A stretch of DNA of 63,482 bases, counting the filler, from Folioceros fuciformis (taxonomy: Eukaryota), in assembly GCA_049999805.1 (NCBI GenBank). It is 5 parts of 5 records of this genome, joined end to end, with 100 filler letters (N's around TTAATTAATTAA, not from the genome) between each part and the next. Parts side by side here need not be neighbours in the genome. Positions count along the whole stretch, not along the records: positions 34,188 to 56,519 come from JBNGIO010001385.1; positions 56,620 to 61,937 come from JBNGIO010001390.1; positions 62,038 to 63,482 come from JBNGIO010001404.1; 2 more parts are not named here. The stretch is one strand, 5' to 3'. Below are positions 51,754 through 63,482 of this stretch, piece after piece (within the stretch, counting starts at the first letter, position 1; each line of letters opens with the position of its first letter). Below the pieces are notes generated by a model, which made no database searches, was not told where the DNA came from, and worked only from the letters and a program-made list of their open reading frames with translations. The position numbers were made by a program, and so were the translations under genes.

Positions 51754-53259
51754 TGTAACTATAGAAGCCAAAAACCTAGACGCAAGCTATGTTGTGAGTT
51801 GTTAGGGCTTCATGGTAGCTTTAGATAGAATATAATTGACTCATGTACAAAAAGAGGTGAGAAATTTCAGCTTCCTTCAAAGTTAGTCATAACTGTACAT
51901 GCTATCATGTATTGTAATGCGCATTGCTATATAAAGGCTTGTGGTCTACATTTTAGTATTGCAGTGGTATCCATCTTCTTAGCCTATATAAAGACCTTGT
52001 TCTAGACTTGTAGTGTTGGACATATCTCTAGAGTGTGTATTGTGGTCTACATTTTAATAATGATGCATTGGTATTGTCTTCTTGGCCCATACAAAGGACT
52101 TCTCCTAAACTTGTACTGCTCAGTATCTATGTAGGGTGTCTTGTGGTCTGTATTTTAATAGTGCATTGGTATAGTCTTTGTAGCCTATATAAAGGACTTC
52201 TGCTATACTTGTAGTGCTGAGTATCTCTGTAGTGTCTTGTGGTCTACATTTTAGCACTATATTGTACTATGTACATTTTAATACTGCATCCTGCATCCGC
52301 ATCCGTATAGTCTTTGTAGCCTAGACAAAGGACTTCTCCTAGGGTATCATGTTGAATATCTCTGTAGTGTGCCTTGTGGTCTACATTTTAGCACTATATT
52401 GTACTATGTAAAGGAACTTTCCTAGACATGGTAGCATTGAATAATGTCCCTGTAGTGTGCCTTTCCTGAGTTGAGCATGTTTGTGTCTCCTAGCTGTCTG
52501 TCCTTCTTGCTATTGTAACTTGTGTGATGTTGTAGCTTGCGTGGAAAGCTCTCCGCTCTATACTATTTGCAGCTTGTGTGCTCTTGACACCTCTCTATAA
52601 AGCTCTCCACTCTTTGGTATTGTACCATATGTGCTATTGTAGCTTGTGTGCTCTTGTCAACTCTGTATAAAGCTCTCCACTCTTTGCTATTGTAGCTTGT
52701 GTGCTCTTGCCACCTCTCTATAAAGCTCTCCACTCTTTGCTATTGTACCGGATGTGCTATTGTAGCTTGTGTGCTCTTGCCAATGTAACGTATGTGCTAT
52801 TGTAGCTTGTGTGTTCTTGTCACCTCTCTATAAACCTCTCCACTCTTTGCTATTGTATCAGATGTGCTATTGTAGCTTGTGTGCTCTTAGCACCTTTCTA
52901 TAAAGCTCTCCACTTTTTGCTATTCTAACTTGTGTGCTATTGACACTTCTCTACAAATCTCTGCACTCTTTGCTTCTATAACTTGTGTGCTATGGACACT
53001 TCTCTACAAAGCTCTCCACTCTTTGCTGCTATAGCTTGTATGCTATTGACACTTTTCTAAAAAGCTCTCCACTATTGTAATTTGTGTGCGATTGACACTT
53101 CTCTATAGAGATCTCCACTCTCCATTATTATAACTTGTGTGCTATTGACACTTCTCTATAAAGCTCTTCACTCTTCATTGTTGTAGTCTGTGTGCTATTG
53201 AGACCTCTCTATACAGCTTCTAGTGTGTTTTTCATACATTTTTACCATGGTATCAGAGC
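51754..53259 (+). mobile_element. LTR-like remnant built of tandem subrepeats, ending in a tRNA-Met primer binding site; internal domain absent
   Basis: ...TTACCA is directly followed by TGGTATCAGAGC (53248-53259). Upstream lie ~95-bp (ttgtggtctacatttt) and ~50-70-bp (gctattgtagcttgtgtgctcttg...aaagctctccactcttt) repeat arrays. The left boundary (TGTAAC 51754) is tentative. Confidence 0.65.
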
Positions 53260-53658
53260 AAAACAAAACACAAGGAGGCTTCAAGGGTACTATTGGTGAT
53301 TAGGATACCGGAGATGGGTGCGGATGTATGCATACTTAAGTTTTTTTCATCACTTCCTTTGAATAAATTCTCCAGACTAAGAACACTCTACAATCAACCC
53401 CATCAAATCATTCCCCAACCAAGATATGTTAGGTGTAGTCAACACTCCAAAACTAAGTGATCTTGAGAACTAGCATTGATCTTGTTTTCCAACAAAGTTT
53501 CATTTGTTTGTTAACACAACACTACAATTCTTCAACAACCTATCTCACTACTGCAACCCCCCCTAGTGCCCATCAAATATTCAAGTCTCGTGTCCCAAGA
53601 TGAAATAAACCAGGAAGCATATACTGACAAAATAATGATTAACAAAAGCGGGTATAAT

Positions 53659-53909
53659 GACGTGGAACGTGGAGAGGTAAAAAGAAATCCTTGAAAGAAG
53701 TGCGTATGAGGTAGGTGGAGGGAAGCAGGTGGGTGGGCGAGGCCACGTGGCAGAAACGAGATGCCAAGACGTGGTGCGTCCATGGGCGCTCAGCGTGGGC
53801 TTTCGGGTGTGGGCAAAGCAGGGGCAAATATCCGGGTGGGCCTGGGCTGGGGACCAGTCTGGGCCTGGGCCTGGGCTGGGCGTCGGGTACGATTTGGGTT
53901 CTCACGTGG
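53659..53909. promoter_or_regulatory. Cluster of five ACGTGG (G-box/ABRE) cores with TGGGCY motifs in a GC-rich island
   Basis: ACGTGG at ~53660, 53667, 53745 (GCCACGTGGC), 53769 and 53904. Confidence 0.4.
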
Positions 53910-54513
53910 ATGACCGGCTGGGCCGGTGGTCCGGTCACTCCGGACACCGGTTCCCATGTGTCGCAAAACGTTAAGGCCGGGCTTTCCCGAATCCCGGTTG
54001 GAGTGAGGACGAGGCCACGCTTCTTCCTGGGTCCCCGTCGCTGCTTCCTCGAAGCTGCAACTACAGGTGCGTACCACACACTCGTCCACACCCCCGGACC
54101 CGTAACCCACTTGGACGGACGGACGGACGGACTGAGGTTGGTCGTACTTTGGCGTGACTCGCCATGTGCCGTGATGGATCGGTGTGTCCATTTTTGGATG
54201 TCCTTACCTCTTCGTTCTATATATATATATATATATAGTTATATATATTAATTGTTTTTTTTTTACTTTTGTCCTACATGGACAAAATAATCATATTCTT
54301 TCAAATAATATTAGGCTCTCGGAACTGTTGGTCAGGGTCATGTATGTGGCTTGGAAGAACCATATGCCAATGACTTTACGGGAGCCGGGGGACCTTGACG
54401 CAAAGCAATGTAATGTCAAGACTTTACTATGAAGAAAATGAGATGGGAAACTCATCTACCTAAAGAGTAAGAGTAAGAGGAAAGGAGGAAACAACCCAAC
54501 AATTTTGAATTAC

Positions 54514-54685
54514 AAACATTCACAACTAGTTTAGGGTTCAGGGTTTAGACCCTAAACCCTAGATTCACCTAACCCTAAACATTCACAACTAGGGTTTAGG
54601 GTTCAGACCCTAAACCCTAAATTCACCTAACACTAAGCATTCACAACTAGTTTAAGGTTTAGGGTTTAGACCCTAAACCCTAGAT
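54514..54685. repeat. Three ~60-bp units, each containing an inverted telomere-type motif (TAGGGTTTAGGG...CCCTAAACCCTA)
   Basis: cattcacaactag(...)gggtt(t/c)agaccctaaacccta read three times. Confidence 0.85.
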
Positions 54686-56519
54686 GGCTTTCAATGATCG
54701 TGTAGTACTTTGTTGAGTACTTGGTTTATTTAGTACTTGGTTCGATGTAGGATTCCATAGATAGGAAAATAAGATGAGAACCATCTACCCTTAAAGAGGT
54801 GAGACAAACCACCAAAGATTAGAAATTAATTTCTAGTCCCAAACTCGCAATCCTAAAATTACCTTTTTGAGGATAGCCAACCCATCATTGAAAAGGGTGG
54901 TGTTACATGAAGGAACAAGAAGAGAAAGAAGGAGAAGGAAGGAGAAGAGAAAGAAGAGAAGAAGAAGGTGGGTGAACCAAGAAGAAACAAGAATGACATA
55001 GACTTGCAATTTCATGACAATGTAGGGACTTGTTCAAACCTAATGACCACATCAATTTCATCACCATGAGACATGGTGTGCATCCGTCTTCCATAAAAAA
55101 GTATTTTTTAAAATTAAAAATAAAGAGAGATAAAAATTGTAATCCAACATGGAGAGGTGGATTCAAAGGCCCACGGACCGAGCTACATTGCCTTCAAATT
55201 TCGTGACTGCTCAGCCCCCGAAGAGGCCATGGAAAATAAAAAGTAAATAATATAATATAATATAATATAATATTTATATACCACAATAACACTAAAATTA
55301 GAAAGGGATCCAGAAATAAGCCAGATGAGCAAGTTGGGTTGACTTTGGCACAAAGCAAGGAAGGCGGGAGGAAAAACGGATCCAGGTTCCGGGACTCCGC
55401 GTATGCATGTATGTACAGCACACAGTACATACATTACATAACCAAGAACGTGCAAAGCCACTAACATAACAGACGGCACTAACAGCGTGCTGTTATGTTC
55501 CACGACGCCGTCAGCATCGCGCGCTCGCACATGGTGGAATTGCAGCTCATGCACGCAAATCGGGATTTGTGCGTGCGCTATTCCCCAGCCTTCCACGCAG
55601 CAACTGCGCCGCGACCCCGGCGTAACCCCCGCTTCTGCCACCCTGCCCACTCTGCGCCATTTGCTCCTCCTTCCCTAATTTTGTGGTTAGCATGTGGAGC
55701 TGGCCACACTTTGTCAATTCTTCCATGCTTTTTTTTCATCTTCCTTTGTTGTGTCCTAGAAGCCATCTAGGTGTGTGTGAAACATTATCTGTATTATTCA
55801 ATGTTTGAATTGGACTCTGTAGTACCTGAAAAGAAAGAAAGAGAGCAAGAAAGCATGTGGGGATACGTAGGGATGATAATGCGCGTATCCAGAATTTATA
55901 ATTTATTTTTTTCAATAAATTTTATTGAAAAATGAACGAGTGAGTGAAAGAGTGAAGGAGTGAACCAAAAGTTGGGCGGCGTTAAGTGGCGATTCCGAGA
56001 TGGCGGAAACGGCGAAACCGGGGAATGTGGGACGGGGCGAAACGGGGAAAGGTGGTTGCGCCGTGGCGTATCGTTTTGCGCAACGACCGCCCAGCCAGCC
56101 CGGCATATGCTCATGAGGCAGAGGCAACAGAAACCGCATCATGACTTCCCGGCTTTGGGTTCCAGTATGTACGTATTTCCCTTTCCCGGACCCTTTTTTG
56201 CACATTTTTATTTTGTTCCTTTCTGTAGTGGGGAGATTTTGCGAATTCTCGGATACGTACGGTGTGGAGGTCGGCCACGGTGGGGCCTACCATTCTGCTT
56301 TGTTTAAACGGCGTCTGTTTTTTCTTATATGGCGATACGTACAATGTACGGGTAGGAGGGGGCGCGTGTGAACGGCGCTCTCCGGGTTCGGGGTGGCGGT
56401 TCAGTTTCGTCCCTTTTGTCCTGCTGTGATAGGGCATCGCCCGGGGAGATGCCGGATTTGGCCGCAGGATGTGGTGGTGGTGTTTTGTTGATGCGGGTTA
56501 GGGGAGGGAGAGTGGTGGG

Positions 56520-56619
56520 NNNNNNNNNNNNNNNNNNNNNNNNNNNNNNNNNNNNNNNNNNNNTTAATTAATTAANNNNNNNNNNNNNNNNNNNNNNNNN
56601 NNNNNNNNNNNNNNNNNNN
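56520..56619. other. Artificial contig linker
   Basis: N44-TTAATTAATTAA-N44. Confidence 0.98.
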
Positions 56620-59600
56620 CGGGTAGGAGGAGTCCGTAGGGAAGTGTAGAAGGTAGTGGTGTCGTTGCTGGTTGCTGGTAGTTGTTGGTGTTGGTGCTGG
56701 AGCGAGAGAGTGAGTGAAGTGTGTGAGGGAAGTCGCAGATCTGAGAGGTTAGAGTCGTTGTAGTGACTGGAGTGAGTTTGTGGGCACCGAGAGAGGTGCA
56801 GCTGACCACCGGACAGCGAGGCCTATCCTACACCTGATCGGAGCTGGAAGGGAGCCCTCAAATCCATCATCGAGTCGATCAAGTCCGACCCTCCATCCAC
56901 AGCAGCAAGGAACCCCATCGCTCCTTCGTGGGAACGAAACCCAATGTCTCAACGACAGTGGGATAAGTGTGGCCACTAAAGGTGGAACCCGTCGGCAATC
57001 AGTGCCCGGGGTTTTGTCTCCACAGTATTCTCCCTACTGTGTCTTAAACCAATTACTGATAAATCTCCTGCAGGTGGGATCTTCCGGGATCGCCGCTTGG
57101 ACGGTGTCTAGTTGGGAGGACGTCAACGTGAGGGCCCGTCTGCTGAGGGCATCTGCCACTGCGTTGGAGGGTCCTGTGACATACTTGATATCAAAATGGA
57201 AATCGACTAAGTACTCTGACCACCGCCTCTGTTTGGCATTCAAATTCGGTTGAGTAAAAAAGTGTTGAAGGGAGTGATGGTCAGCGTGTACTATAAACTT
57301 CTATCCGAACAAGTAATGCCGCCATGCCTTGAGTGCATGAACAATTGCTAGCATCTCCTTGTCGTGGACTGCGTAGTTGACCTGTGCACCTTGGAGCTTG
57401 TGAGACTCATAGGCGATGACCCGTCCATCCTGTGATAAGATTGCCCCAAGGGCAAAGTCTGATGCATCCATGTGTATGCTGTAGGTACCCTTGGGGTCTG
57501 CTACTGCCAGGACTAGTTTGGTGCTCAACGCCTATTTCAGCTGGGCGAAAGCTTGCTGGGCTGCTGCATCCAAGTGGAAGGGTTTGTTATCAAATTGTTT
57601 GAGGGCGTTTGTCAGAGGGAAGACTATTTGGCTGAAGCCCTAGATGAATCTCCGATAGAACCCTGCAAGTCCAAGGAATCCACGGAGTTGGGTAATGTTC
57701 GTGGGTAGCTGCCACTCCGTGATGGCTTTGATATTGCGTGGGTCCATCCTAATCCCGTCTCTTGTGACAATATGCCCCACGTACTCCACTTCCTGGCGCA
57801 TGAAGGTGCATTTGCCCCTTTTTGCCAAGAGTTGGTGTTTCTACAAGAGCTGCATGACTGCCCCGACCAACTTGACGTGGGTTTTCGTGTCAGCGAAGTG
57901 GATGAGGATGTCATCTAGAAACACTTCCACGCCCCGCCCCAACAGTGGCCTGAGGATGTCCTGCATTAGGCACTTAAAGGTAGCCGGTGCATTTGTGAGG
58001 CCCATGCGCATCACCACCCACTCATAGTGGCCATGGTGGGTTCAAAAAGCTATCTTGTGTTCGTCACCCTCCTTGACTCGTATCTGGTGGAATGTAAAGC
58101 GTAATTCAATCTTGGTGAACCACACCAACCCATGCAATTGGTCCAAAATCTTATCGATTCAGGGCATCTGATACATGTTCTTTATAGTTGCCCGATTGAG
58201 ACCTCGGTAGTCTATACAGAGTCTCCAACCCCCATCAGGCTTGGCAACCAATAACACTGGGGCTCCATAAGGTGAGATGGAGGGTCTTACAAACCCTTGA
58301 GCCAGGAAAGCATCCACCTGTTCTTTGATTTCAGCATTCTCCATAATTGAAGTTCTATATGGCTAGATGCTGACCGTTTTGGTGCCTGTGACCAGGTCAA
58401 TGCGGTGGTCCATAGAGCGTCGAGGAGGGAGCTCAGTGGGATCTGCAAACAGATCCTTGAATTCTACCAAGAGGGACTTCATGTCCTCAGGGAGTCCCTC
58501 TTCAGCCAGCCTTGCTAGCTCCGCTCGTGTTTCTGCAGTGCCTTCCAACGGGGTTACCTTATTCAGTTTCGCTATGTACAGGAAGCTGCCATGGGCACAT
58601 GCTTTATGTAGCGCAGAAACAGCAAACAAGTGCTTGTCTGGGAGATGTGCTTCTCCTACTAACTCATATTGTTGGTGGTCCACTCGCAGGTTGACCACAT
58701 TGGTCGACCAATCTATCTGAAGGTGCTTGGAATGGGCAGCTAACCAGGGTTTCCCCACTATCACATCATGGGCAAGACTAGGCATCACTATCAGTTTTAA
58801 CTCTTCCGTATATCCTCCTGGGAAGGTAAGGTGAGCTTCTACCCACTTCTCCACGCTGGTGTCCTTTCTGCCCAACGCTATCACCAGTGTGGACAATTGA
58901 CCCAACTCCTGTATGTGTAGGTCTGCCTTGCGGGCTGCCGCCTCCGAGATATAGTGGTGGCTGGCTCCACTGTCCAGCTAGGACCGCCATGCCCTCTAGT
59001 TGTACCCGGAATTTCAGGGGGACGTGGTGCAGAGCACAAGTGTTCAGTACACAACAGTCGTTGCAAGCCTTGGGGTTACTAGGAGGGTGACAGTCTCCTA
59101 CCTCCTCCATGGTAACCGAATGATTACTATAGTTGCTAGGTGTGCCGTTGGGATGGCTGGTTCGGGTGGTATTGCCCGTCTCCTTCAGCCATGCAATGAA
59201 CTCCTTGCGATGAGGGCAGTTTCGTGAGCCATGATCTGCACTAGTGCAGGTGAAACACATCTTCTTGTCTTGATACTCCTTCTTTTGTGCCTCTGAGAGA
59301 ATTTTGAAAACTGGTTTTTTATTCATCGCGTTGACAGTCTTGCCATACCTCTGTTTCTGACCACCCACTGCTCCCAGGTGTTTGTACTTGTTCAAGCCAT
59401 AGGTCATGGCTGCCCGGATAGCTTCTACCAGGGTCCCTGGATTCGTTTAATTAACTTTTGCTCTTAACTCAAAGCGAAGCCCATCAATAAACTTCTCCAC
59501 CTTTTGTTCCTCGTCCAAACGGGGTAGGTCCTAGGTAAGTTGCAGAAATTTGTCACACTACTCTTGTATAGTGCCCTGTTGATAGATCTTGCGAAACTGG

Positions 59601-61328
59601 TGATACAGGTCTCGATTGTGGTTGACAGGGAGGAATTGTTCCAACAAGACCTGTCTGAAGCATAATTGAATTCGCTGTAAGTCATCCTTTTTGCTCGCTG
59701 TAAGGTATTTCTCCATTTTGTCCAGCTAGTCATATACTCCCTACGCCTCTTTCACGACCTCGTCGAAGGGCGTGGTCTTGATCTTCCTCTGAAGCTCCTT
59801 GTCTAGCTGAGGGTGGGGTTTGAAATGCTGCTCCTCACTCTCCAGCAGGTCTGACTCCAACTTTGCCTTGGCCATCTCCTAGTTTTTGTAACGCATCACT
59901 AGAAGCCGACGTGCTAATGCCTTGATCTCCTTGTCGTCCTTCTCTCCAGGCAACAACTCCACCACCAATTTTTTTAGGTTCTCATCCATCCCTCGGCTAC
60001 GACCGGATGAATGGTTGAGTGCCGGCGTGGCTCGGCCCTCCCTGCCCACTGCTCCCCATTGAGGGACAGGTGGGTGTTCCGGCGGTTCAACTTCCTCTGG
60101 GATTTGAGGAACCTGTGGGGACGAGTCAGGTTGGGGGGGTCTGGTTGCGTCTAGCTCTGTCCCCATCGGGGTTGGGTGTTCCAGCAGTTGAAGAACCCCC
60201 GCCAGTTGGCCTTCCAACCGGTGTTGGTTCGCCTGACACAACTCATCCAGCGCCTTCAAGCTGGCCCCCACACCACCTATCTTCGCGGCCTGGCTCGTGA
60301 GGGTGTCGGAATTCCTCCCAAACGCGTCTTCCAGGTTAGTCATTCAACCTTCCATGTCCTGGACCGCTTCGGGGTTTTCTGGGTTCTGAGTGTCCTCTGT
60401 GCGGGCCAACGGCATCGCAGATGTTGGGTCCATTGATGCCAACGGTCGCTTGCGTGGACGTCCCCGCCTTCGGGGTACGGGTTTGCTAGCGTATTGCAGG
60501 ATTCGGGCCTTCCCTGGCAGTGAGCAGACCGGGTCCGTCGCGTTCCGACTCCGAACGCTCTTGGTATTCCCGTTGCTGCCGACCGATCAACCTTCAAAGT
60601 CGCCGAGCTTGGCCTTCTGGAGACTCTGTTGGGGCGCGTCCCAAGACATGGAGGCTAGTTAATCTATCTTAGGCTGTGCCGGCCCCTGGCCTCCGTGTTC
60701 GTCCGTGCACCCATTCCCCCATGCTCTCCAACAGCCTCCCTTTGTCGTCGCTGCTGCTGGTAAGCTCTCTCTCCACCGCTTCTCATGACAGGTAGTCGCT
60801 CATGGTGTCTTGTACCAGATCTGAACTTCGGAGATGTCTGGACGCCGCGCCAAAGGTGTCGATCTCTCCAGCAGGCCATCGCGCCATCAGGTCTCCTATA
60901 GCCGTGCCACATAGGTCAGTCCATGTTGCTGATGTCGACGATTTCTTGCTTGAGACTGATCTTGGAGGCCCCGCTCTAGATTCTCGGTGTCGCGCAACTT
61001 GTGGCCGGTTGGGAATTCTTCTCGATTCTCCTATAGCGGCCCGACACTGGAACGTCACGGAAGCAAGGCAACCTCAATTCTCCTCCGAGACAATTTGATC
61101 TGCACAAAGTAAGCCAGGAGCGCATAAGTATCCACAACCTTCAGGGCTAGATTTCTGGGGAATCCCAACTCGGATTCTTGTCCCTTGATCTCGCCTCCCT
61201 GACTCCTTATGTTCTCTGCGCTGGCTGGCTTGGCAGCTGGGCTTGTCTTGCCGTTGAGTCCAAGGCCGTCAAGCTCTTCCCCTCCCTACTTCGATCCTTA
61301 ATCCCGCTGGGGTATGCAGGATTAGTCA

Positions 61329-61340
61329 GCTCTGATACCA
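61329..61340 (-). other. tRNA-iMet primer binding site of the Gypsy element
   Basis: TGGTATCAGAGC on the minus strand, 2 nt from the LTR end. Confidence 0.9.
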
Positions 61341-61342
61341 AG

Positions 61343-61933
61343 TGTCACGGCAAGGATCTGCACTTGAACCCAAATGAGCTTCTAGGGCTGGAGCGTCCCG
61401 TCGTGAGATGAGCCTTCAGCAAAAATGGCTGTAGATTTCTTAGGGTCCATAGTACAAGAAGGGCTGGCCAGTGTCCTGCCAATAAGCCCCTAGCAACAGA
61501 CTGGGAAGTCTGTTCAGGTTAAAGCCTAACTACCACACTAAATGGGGAATTAACCCCCTTTTCTAGTCTAAGTTAGTACATAACCTATTTGCTAGTTTAA
61601 GTTTCGGAAAAACTAAGTTAAGTTTGTTTATAGCATGCCCTAACGCGTCATTATCTGTTCCTTAGGGTTCTTCTTACAGGACGGGTCTGGTTGTGGGTAC
61701 CCCTAGGTCTGGTGACCTAAGCCGGGTTCGCAGCGGCTGCATGTCTTTGTCTCTTGGCTTCAGGCTGGCAGCAGCTGCAAGTCTTTGTCTCCTGGCTTCA
61801 GGCTGGCGGCGGTTGCAAGTCTTCGTCTCCTGGCTTCAGGTTGGCGGCGGTTGCAAGTCTTCGTCTCCTGGCTTCAGGTTTCGTCTCCTAGCTTTGGGCC
61901 GTCACGGGCTGGTGGCTCATGGCGGTCGTAACA
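61343..61933 (-). repeat. 5' LTR of the Gypsy element (~591 bp) with internal ~38-bp tandem repeats
   Basis: Termini TGTCACG...CGTAACA are near-perfect inverted repeats; repeats ctggcttcaggYtggcRgcRg.tgcaagtctt.gtctc at ~61737-61890. Confidence 0.8.
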
Positions 61934-61937
61934 CATA

Positions 61938-62037
61938 NNNNNNNNNNNNNNNNNNNNNNNNNNNNNNNNNNNNNNNNNNNNTTAATTAATTAANNNNNNN
62001 NNNNNNNNNNNNNNNNNNNNNNNNNNNNNNNNNNNNN
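61938..62037. other. Artificial contig linker
   Basis: N44-TTAATTAATTAA-N44. Confidence 0.98.
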
Positions 62038-62152
62038 TCGTCAATCTTCAAGCGGGCTCCTGTACTGTAAACTGCTGAAGAACTCGCACTTACGTTGCTG
62101 GAGGTCACTTGCAGACGTAACTGGTTCCTCCCGCTCCCAGCTCGCAGTTGCT

Positions 62153-63012
62153 ATGGCTGGAACATCCAGACACCCAATTGCAGTCTCTGAAGACACCGGG
62201 TATCACAGCGCTGAGGAAGAGCTGAATGACACCATGCTATCTGTGAATATGACTCCTCCTACAGCACCTAGTGTAGAGGCTGCTGATCTTCGGTGTAACT
62301 GCGCTTCAGTTACTCCTTCCTGCTGTCCCATTCACCCAGATACTATTCAAGCATGGAAGGCTATTGAAGCTGATAACTTCAACAGGGCCATGCGGTACTG
62401 GAAGAGCTAGGTGAAGCAGGTTGTAGAAAGAGAGAACAAACTCGCCAGGGAGGTGGATCACTTGAAGAAGAAACTAGGTAGAGGCAGACACAGTGTCACG
62501 TACCCAGACAGTGCCAACGAGCAGCTTTCTCTCAAGACTGTGCCTGCAGGAGTTGGTGTGAAGTGATGATACCCACAGAGTTTACTCCCAAGGCATTCAA
62601 GCTACCAGTTGGGAGATATCTACAAGGTAAAACAGCTGGTGACTGATGGAAACAGTGTTGGCGACCCACTGACCCCTGAGACATACACCTGCACATCTAC
62701 TGGAATCACCATGGTGAGGATGAATTGGTACAGATGGGGTGGTCAAGGTGGAAATTTCATCTCTATATACAGTAAGAGTTCTAACGCACGCCAGAAAATA
62801 CTCCCACTATTTCTGTGGTTTGGCTAGTGCTGAGCTGAATACTTACAGCTTGTGTTGGATGTTTACTTACAGTTTCAGAAAAGAGGATGTATGACGAAGC
62901 TGGAGTAGACTGGAACAGCATGGACAGTGAATGTGAGACAGAGTTTGACACAAGAAGAAACACGGGCTTCCTGCTAAGCTCCTCAGACTCAGAAGACAAT
63001 GAGTCTCCTTAG
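62153..63012 (+). pseudogene. Disrupted ORF antisense to, and downstream of, Copia pol (putative extra ORF of the element)
   Basis: Consecutive protein-like segments MAGTSRHP...RAMRYWKS*VKQVVERENKLAREVDHLKKKL / DTHRVYSP...WYRWGGQGGNF / MYDEAGVDW...SSDSEDNESP*, ending 67 nt before the pol stop. Confidence 0.45.
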
Positions 63013-63079
63013 ACTAGTGCACTTGGTGTATCTGCTAGCCTACCAAAACTTTGACCTACTCCACTCTAGAAGTTGTCAC

Positions 63080-63482
63080 TCATTTCTCTTTTTGAACTGT
63101 TAAGCTAGAGTCTAAGACCCCTAAAGCCTCCTTGAACTGGTAATGTTTGATTCTAGCTAGAGACTTGGTTAGAATATCTGCTGCGTTACGGTCAGTAGGA
63201 ATGTATTCTAACTTGACCTGCCCTGTGCTCACGACATCTCTAACAAAGTGATGATGTACCTCAATGTGTTTCGTTCTCACATGGAACACAGGATTCTGAG
63301 CAAGTGCCAACGCAGACTGATTATCACAATAAATCACAGTAGGACCTTGTTGGAGTTGGCCCACATCTTCCAACAGTCTTCTCAACCATATAGCCTCCTT
63401 CGCAGCCTGTGTCAGAGCTGAGTACTCTGCCTCAGTGGAGGACAGAGAAACTGTAGACTGTTTCTTAGAGGACCAGGTAACG
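63080..63482 (-). mobile_element. Ty1/Copia pol C-terminus (RNase H), intact frame, running off the window end
   Basis: VTWSSKKQSTVSLSSTEAEY...IYCDNQSALALAQNPVFHVRTKHIEVHHHFVRD...AADILTKSL. Confidence 0.95.

Larger units (their letters stand above)
56950..61933 (-). mobile_element. Decayed Ty3/Gypsy LTR retrotransposon (5' LTR, PBS, gag, protease, RT, RNaseH; integrase missing)
   Basis: Zn knuckle CFTCTSADHGSRNC, frameshifted LDSGASHHYIS protease, [15 protein letters not shown]...[11 protein letters not shown]...MGLTNAPATF...VFLDDILIH and RNase[14 protein letters not shown]...[18 protein letters not shown]...VADALSRR. Domain order is PR-RT-RH, with many in-frame stops. Confidence 0.95.

Noticed and set aside
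55868-56519. hAT/Ac-like end (TAGGGATGATAAT with nearby AAACGG motifs)
   Set aside because: No matching second TIR, TSD or transposase in the contig; plausible but unsupported.

Overview
Eukaryotic plant nuclear DNA, most likely a hornwort (Anthoceros-like). This is inferred from dense gene packing, mostly ~70-170 nt introns and a WW-type PLS-PPR editing factor. The window is not one contiguous locus: five contigs (1-8700, 8801-34087, 34188-56519, 56620-61937, 62038-63482) are joined by artificial 100-nt N-linkers containing TTAATTAATTAA. Contig 1 has a PLS-class PPR gene whose DYW deaminase domain has decayed behind a premature stop, and an ABC1K5-like plastid kinase. Contig 2 has anthranilate synthase alpha, an intronless FOLK/phytol-kinase gene head-to-head with IMP2, an ADP-glucose pyrophosphorylase large subunit, EHD1-like, a LACTB2-like metallo-beta-lactamase and a partial 6PGD. 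Contig 3 has a tandem pair of secreted 20-Cys STIG1-like genes split by a dead Copia fragment, a ~9 kb region with no recognisable protein gene containing a miRNA-like foldback, an LTR+PBS remnant and inverted telomere-type repeats. Contigs 4-5 hold a decayed Gypsy element and the 3' part of a Copia element with an antisense extra ORF. The best candidate for new biology is the AGPase large-subunit gene. It has two intact tandem copies of exon 4 (93 nt each, 65 nt apart) encoding alternative versions of the allosteric WFQGTADAV loop, the typical layout of mutually exclusive exons. It may also have an 18-nt Cys-bearing micro-exon resembling the small-subunit redox motif. Together these suggest a splice-based regulatory switch on the committed step of starch synthesis.
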